This document shows, piece by piece, positions 57,583-64,000 of a stretch of 64,000 bases of DNA. How positions within the stretch are numbered: position 1 is the stretch's first letter; every line of letters begins with the position of its first letter. Origin of the DNA: Octopus vulgaris (lineage: Eukaryota); the NCBI GenBank assembly GCA_951406725.2, contig OX597814.1:77748001-77812000 (forward strand), in the 5' to 3' direction. The position numbers were made by a program, and so were the translations under genes. The notes under the pieces were generated by a model, which saw only the letters and a list, made by a program, of their open reading frames with translations, was not told the origin of the DNA and did not search any database.

Positions 57583-58344
57583 TTAATTGTTTGTCGTAGA
57601 CCCGTTAAGAAGTGGCTTGTATTTTGTAATAAAGAGATTTTCTTTACTTATTCGTTGTCTCGAGGTTGTATCGTCCCTAAATTGGTAGAGGGGGAAAATT
57701 CTGAAGTTTGGTGTTTTTTTGTTGGCGCAAGTATCTATGTGTTGGCTAAAAGCTATTTTTCTGTTTTGGGGAATTTTTATCTGGGATCTGTGCAGGGCCA
57801 TTCGTTTACGCAAACCATTTTTTGTTTGGCCTATGTACTGCTCTTGACACCCGGAGCAGGTTAGTGAGTATATTAGGTTCTCCGAAGCACATGTGAAGTT
57901 GCTTTTCACTGTAAAACGTTGTCCCTGTTTGAAGGAGAACTCAGAACCCTCGATTAGATAGTCGCATATCCCGCAATTGGGTCTTCCACATTTTTTTACT
58001 GTCGGCTTCTGTATTGAAGAGTGAATTCGGGCTTGTGTAAGGAGACTTTTCATGGATCTAGGCTGTCTTTTGCTTTTTATGATCGTGTGTGTTTGGAGGA
58101 TTGTGTTCATTCTGTGGTCTTTTTTTAGGAGGGGTATGTTGTGGAGGATGGTGTCGAAGGCTTCGTTATTGAGAGGGTTGTGTGTGGAGATGTATGGTAA
58201 GGCTTTTGGTTGTAAGTTTTTCTTTGATTTGGGATGTCTCAGTTCCTTGATGTTAAGTTGAAGGGCACGTTGAATGCATTTGTCAATAAGTGAAGGTGGA
58301 TAGTTCCTGGTGATTAGGGTATCTTTTAGTTCTTGTAGTCGTGT
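57583..58344 (-). CDS. Penelope ORF C-terminal part: RT thumb/linker, Cys motif and GIY-YIG endonuclease (open but 5'-truncated)
   Basis: TRLQELKDTLITRNYPPSLI...PYISTHNP...CGRPNCGIC...FTCASENLIYSLTCSGCQEQYIGQTKNGLRKRMALH...KENLFI. Confidence 0.9.
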   Translation of the reverse strand, partial: TRLQELKDTLITRNYPPSLIDKCIQRALQLNIKELRHPKSKKNLQPKALPYISTHNPLNNEAFDTILHNIPLLKKDHRMNTILQTHTIIKSKRQPRSMKSLLTQARIHSSIQKPTVKKCGRPNCGICDYLIEGSEFSFKQGQRFTVKSNFTCASENLIYSLTCSGCQEQYIGQTKNGLRKRMALHRSQIKIPQNRKIAFSQHIDTCANKKTPNFRIFPLYQFRDDTTSRQRISKENLFITKYKPLLNGSTTNN

Positions 58345-59164
58345 GACACACGACTACAAGAACTAAAAGATACCCTACAAGATACCCTACAAGAACTAAA
58401 AGATACCCTAATCACCAGGAACTATCCACCTTCACTTATTGACAAATGCATTCAACGTGCCCTTGTCTACGACAAACAATTAATATACCTCAACTTTAGA
58501 ATAAAAGAAAAAAATATATATACACACACAAATACTACACTCCATAGAATCCATTACTAATCAGCCCCTTCATAGCTATATTTACACCCATTCATATTCT
58601 CCCTTCTCTGTTTTTTTCTTCTTCTTCTTCTTCCTCTTCTTCTTCATCATCATTGGCATCATCATCATCGCCACCATCATCACCACCATCTTCTCCTTCT
58701 TCTTCTTCTTCTTCTTCTTCATCATCATCGTTATCATCATCATCGTCGTCATAATCATCACCACCATCACCATCATCGTCATCTTCTCCTTCTTCTTCTT
58801 CTTCTTCTTCTCCACCCCCTACCCCTTAAGTTTGTCACTAATGTTTTTTAGTATAACACCTACGCTAATTCTATAAACAAGCCTGTCAATATAAATATTC
58901 TCCTGAATTGAACTGAGACTGCCAGCCGCCACTGACCATTCAAAATACGACCATCAGGGCACTCCCAGATTCTCCCATCCCCCTTTCCTCACCAGCCTTC
59001 CCTCTACTCCCCTACCAAGAACTCACAACTACCTCCAACACACAAGTGCAAACAAGGGAGTCAGAGAAAGGCAGAATGCCACTTAAATCTGAACACTACT
59101 ATAGAAATATTCTTTTAAAAAAACTTTTCTTCTAATTTTTCTAAATTTAATTATTTAATCGTTA

Positions 59165-59202
59165 CAGTTGAAAAGGTCTCAAAATGACCGAAACCGGTAC
59201 TG
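59165..59202 (+). ncRNA. Minimal Penelope hammerhead (U3-A8 variant)
   Basis: cag TTGAAAA ggtc-tcaaaat-gacc GAAA ccgg TA ctg; palindromic ACCGGT stem III. Confidence 0.72.
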
Positions 59203-59289
59203 AAATGTTCACTATAAAATTATTTTAGCATTTTCTATTTTTTACTTGTTTTTTCATATATATCAACTCATGTGTTCCTTTTCACCCTT

Positions 59290-60937
<1,648 letters not shown>

Positions 60938-61218
60938 TATACATATATATATATATGTTGGTTTGTTTATGTATCAGTAACTTAGCAGTTTGGCAAAATA
61001 GACTGGTAGAAAAAGTTCCAGATTTAAAAATAAATTAAGGTACTGGGATTGATTTGTTTGACTAAATTCCTCAATGCAGTAGCCCCGCATGGGCTCAGTG
61101 CAGTGACTAAAACAAGTAAACAGTAAGAGACAAAAAAATAAGAGTTTATTTGTAAAATTCTATTAAACCTATAAAATATTATTTTGTCTGTCATTCCAAA
61201 AATTGTTTTTAATATCAG

Positions 61219-61449
61219 ATAAAGGAAATGGAAAAAATCTACTGTAAGCGCAACCCGAATTCTTTACCTGCATTATTAATGGCAGCTGGCAGTTCTGTTG
61301 AAGCAAGCAGTGACTGTCACCAGGCACCATCCCCACTAAACCTTCTGCTTGAGCAGAAGGTTCAGAAACTGGAGAATCAACTGAAGAATGCTCAAGAAGA
61401 GGGTGATCTCAGAGTGAGGACTGTGGAACAAAAGTACAACAAGCTGAAG
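61219..61449 (+). CDS. CEP162: CEP162 exon 22 (last seen; gene continues beyond window)
   Basis: atcag / AAG|gttagt; IKEMEKIYCKRNPNSLPALLMAA matches CEP162 VKEME...RYPNSLPALILAA. Confidence 0.93.
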
Positions 61450-61573
61450 GTTAGTTCCTATAGTTACTGTACGAAATAGGAGTTATAAGCCAGATTGTGT
61501 CTTTGTGAAGCACTTATGGATGTTCACATTATTCCAGTGTATGTATATAGATGTTTGTATATAGATGTCAGTA

Positions 61574-62121
61574 TTTTGTTACGGTTATTTCTACAGATAT
61601 TCTACAGAAATTATAGCCAGCACTGATTTTTGCTACAATGTTTCATATATGAGAAGTCAGATGTAAACAAACAATGAGATTGAAGATGAAAAATGGGTAA
61701 TGGACGTATGTGTCATATTTCAGTGGTGTTTTACCCCTGCATCAGCACCCATCTAACCCACTAGTCATCCTTGAACACATTGCTTAAATAGCTACCACAA
61801 ATAGTGGTGTAAAGTTTTTGGAGATACCAATTTACATATTAAATGCTTTCCTGGAAGCTGATACGTAAATACTAATGATTTGTAGGTAAATGGTATTTCG
61901 TTATGCAACCATAATATTCTATAAAGTATATCAAATATTTTTATAAGTCAGTACCATGTTCTACTGTATTAGCAGTGTTATTTACATTATTTTGTTAAGG
62001 TTATTCCTACAGATTCTCAATAGAAATTATAGCCAGCACTGATTTTTGCTATATCATTTCATATGCAAGGTGCTAGATGTAAACAAACAATGAGATTGAA
62101 GATGAAAAATGGGTAATTGAC
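61574..62121. repeat. Diverged ~130-bp direct repeat (about 61574-61703 and 61990-62121)
   Basis: shared AGAAATTATAGCCAGCACTGATTTTTGCTA and AGATGTAAACAAACAATGAGATTGAAGATGAAAAATGGGTAAT. Confidence 0.85.
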
Positions 62122-62146
62122 ATACCTACAAATCATTAGTATTTAC

Positions 62147-64000
62147 TTGTGATGTCATAAGAGAGAAATGTATCTGCATGGATGATGGTGCACTTGCTTT
62201 TAGTGAGTCTGCAAAGAAAGAAGCTTGGAAACGCCATTATGAAAGACTGCTGAATGTAGAGAATGAATGGGAGGAGGAGAGTCTGCCAAATGTTGACCCA
62301 GTTGAGGGACCAGCTACCTGAACTGACAGTACCCTGGTAGATAAAGCAATTCAGGATATGAAGGCAGGGAAAGCCTCTGGCCCATCAGGAATCACCGCTG
62401 AGATGCTTAAAATATCTGGTGGTGTGGGTTATGGTCTAGTCACCCATATTGTAAATCAGGTGGTTCATGAAGGAGTCATACACAATGACTGGTATAGCAG
62501 CATCATAGTCAACTGCTACAAAGGTAAAGGGGATGTCTTAGACAGAAATAATTACAGAGGTATCAAATTGTTGGATCAGGTGATGTAAGTTGTGGAGAGA
62601 GTTAGTCTAGATGAGATGCAGTTTGGTTTTGTGCCAGGTAGAAGCACTACTGATGCTATATTTTTAGTAAGGCAACTGCATGAGAAATACAGAGCCAAAG
62701 ATAAACCTCTGTACTTGGCTTTTGTTGACTTGGAGAAAGCTTTTGACAGAGTCCCCCAATCCCTGATCTGGTGGTCAGTGCGGAAACTAGGGATAGACGA
62801 GTGGCTGGTGAGAACTATACAAGCCTTGTACAGGGATGCTACCAGTAAGGTGAGGGTGGGCAACAAGTACAGCAAAAAATTTAGGATACAAGCAGGGGTT
62901 CGCCAAGGATCGGTGCTCAGCTCCTTCTTATTCATCATTGTCCTCCGGGCAGTAACAGAGGAATTCAAGACAGGCTACCCCTGGTGGCTCCTCTATGCTG
63001 ATGACCTTGCTCTTATAGCTGAATCACTACCTGAACTAGAGAAGAAGCTCCAGGTATGGAAGCAAGGTCTAGAATCAAAGGGCTTTAGAGTTAGCCTAGT
63101 AAAAACCAAAGTCATAGTAAGTAGGAAGGCAAGCAAATCACAAATCTCTTCAGGTAGATAGCCCTGCTCAATCTGTAGAAAAGGTGTTGGTAGAAACTCC
63201 ATAAGATGCACCCAGTGTAAGCTTTGGACACAGAAGGTGCAGCAACATCAGAGGAAGGTTAACAGGGAAACTAACTTTTGTATGTGGAAGATGCATAGGA
63301 ACAATAAACACTGAATATGCGCAGAAAATAGATTTCATCAACTGCCTGGGGGGGCAAGCTAGTGGTAGTAGATAGCTTCCGTTATCTAGGTGACCAAGTT
63401 AGTAGTGGAGGTGAATCCTATGAGAGCATAGCTGTGAGAATAAGATTAGGCCGAGCAAAGTTCAGAGAGCTCCTACCCCTGCTGGCAACAAAGGACCTCT
63501 CTTTCTCTCAGAGTGAAAGGCAGATTGTTTGATGCCTGTGTGCAAACAGCTATGCTGCATAGCAGTGAAACATGGGCTGTGACAGCTGAGGACATGCGTA
63601 GGCTTGAAAGAAATGAAGCCAGTATGCTCTGCTGGATATGCAATGTCAGTGGGGAGAGCGTAAGCATCTTGAGAGAAAAGTTAGGCTTAAGAGGAATCAG
63701 ATGTGGTGTGCAAGAGAGATGACTGCATTGGTTTGGTCATGTGATGCGTATGGACAAAGACAGCTCTGTAAAGAAGTGCCGATCTCTAATTGTGGAAAGA
63801 ACCCGTGGTAGAGGTAGACTCAGGAAGACATGGGACAAGTTGGTGAAGCATGATCTTCGAATTTTGAGCCTCACAGAGGCAATGACTGGTGACCAAGACC
63901 TTTGGTGATGTGCTGTGCTTGAGAGGACCTGTCCAGCCAAGTGCACCTGTACTAATGGCATGTAAAGAGCATTTTTTGAATGTTGGACCTCACTAAGGCA
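62147..64000 (+). mobile_element. 5'-truncated RTE-clade LINE (RT domain with stops and frameshifts)
   Basis: QFGFVPGRSTTDAIF, FVDLEKAFDRV, GVRQGSVLS, LLYADDLAL, FRYLG, SETWA. Confidence 0.93.

Larger units (their letters stand above)
56801..59258. mobile_element. 5'-truncated Penelope-like retroelement with inverted pLTR arrangement
   Basis: ~790-bp inverted arms 56801-57600 and 58466-59258; GIY-YIG ORF on the minus strand; hammerhead in each arm; flanked by (TA)n. Confidence 0.92.

Overview
AT-rich, microsatellite- and retroposon-dense animal genomic DNA. The SINE/LINE families look like those of an octopus (coleoid cephalopod), which is an inference. The whole window lies inside one + strand gene, the ortholog of the centriolar protein CEP162 (QN1/KIAA1009). 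I traced 22 GT-AG exons (5452-61449) that splice into one open, phase-consistent frame of about 912 codons; start and stop codons were not found, so the gene probably extends past both ends. The introns hold tRNA-derived SINEs, RTE-type LINE fragments, a full-length but inactive mariner, several MITEs, a non-autonomous Helitron whose empty site is visible in the window, Penelope-like elements (RT and GIY-YIG fragments) and very long (TA)n tracts. The most interesting signal is ten hammerhead-ribozyme motifs in at least three structural variants: a U3-A8 covariant core, a long stem II, and a U-U-closed stem II. Most sit in fold-back (inverted-repeat) Penelope-derived elements within (TA)n tracts, concentrated in a 5.9-kb cluster (55031-60937) inserted into one SINE. 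The fold-back junctions show template-restart duplications and capture of nearby genomic DNA. All calls are by eye; no database searches or folding programs were run.
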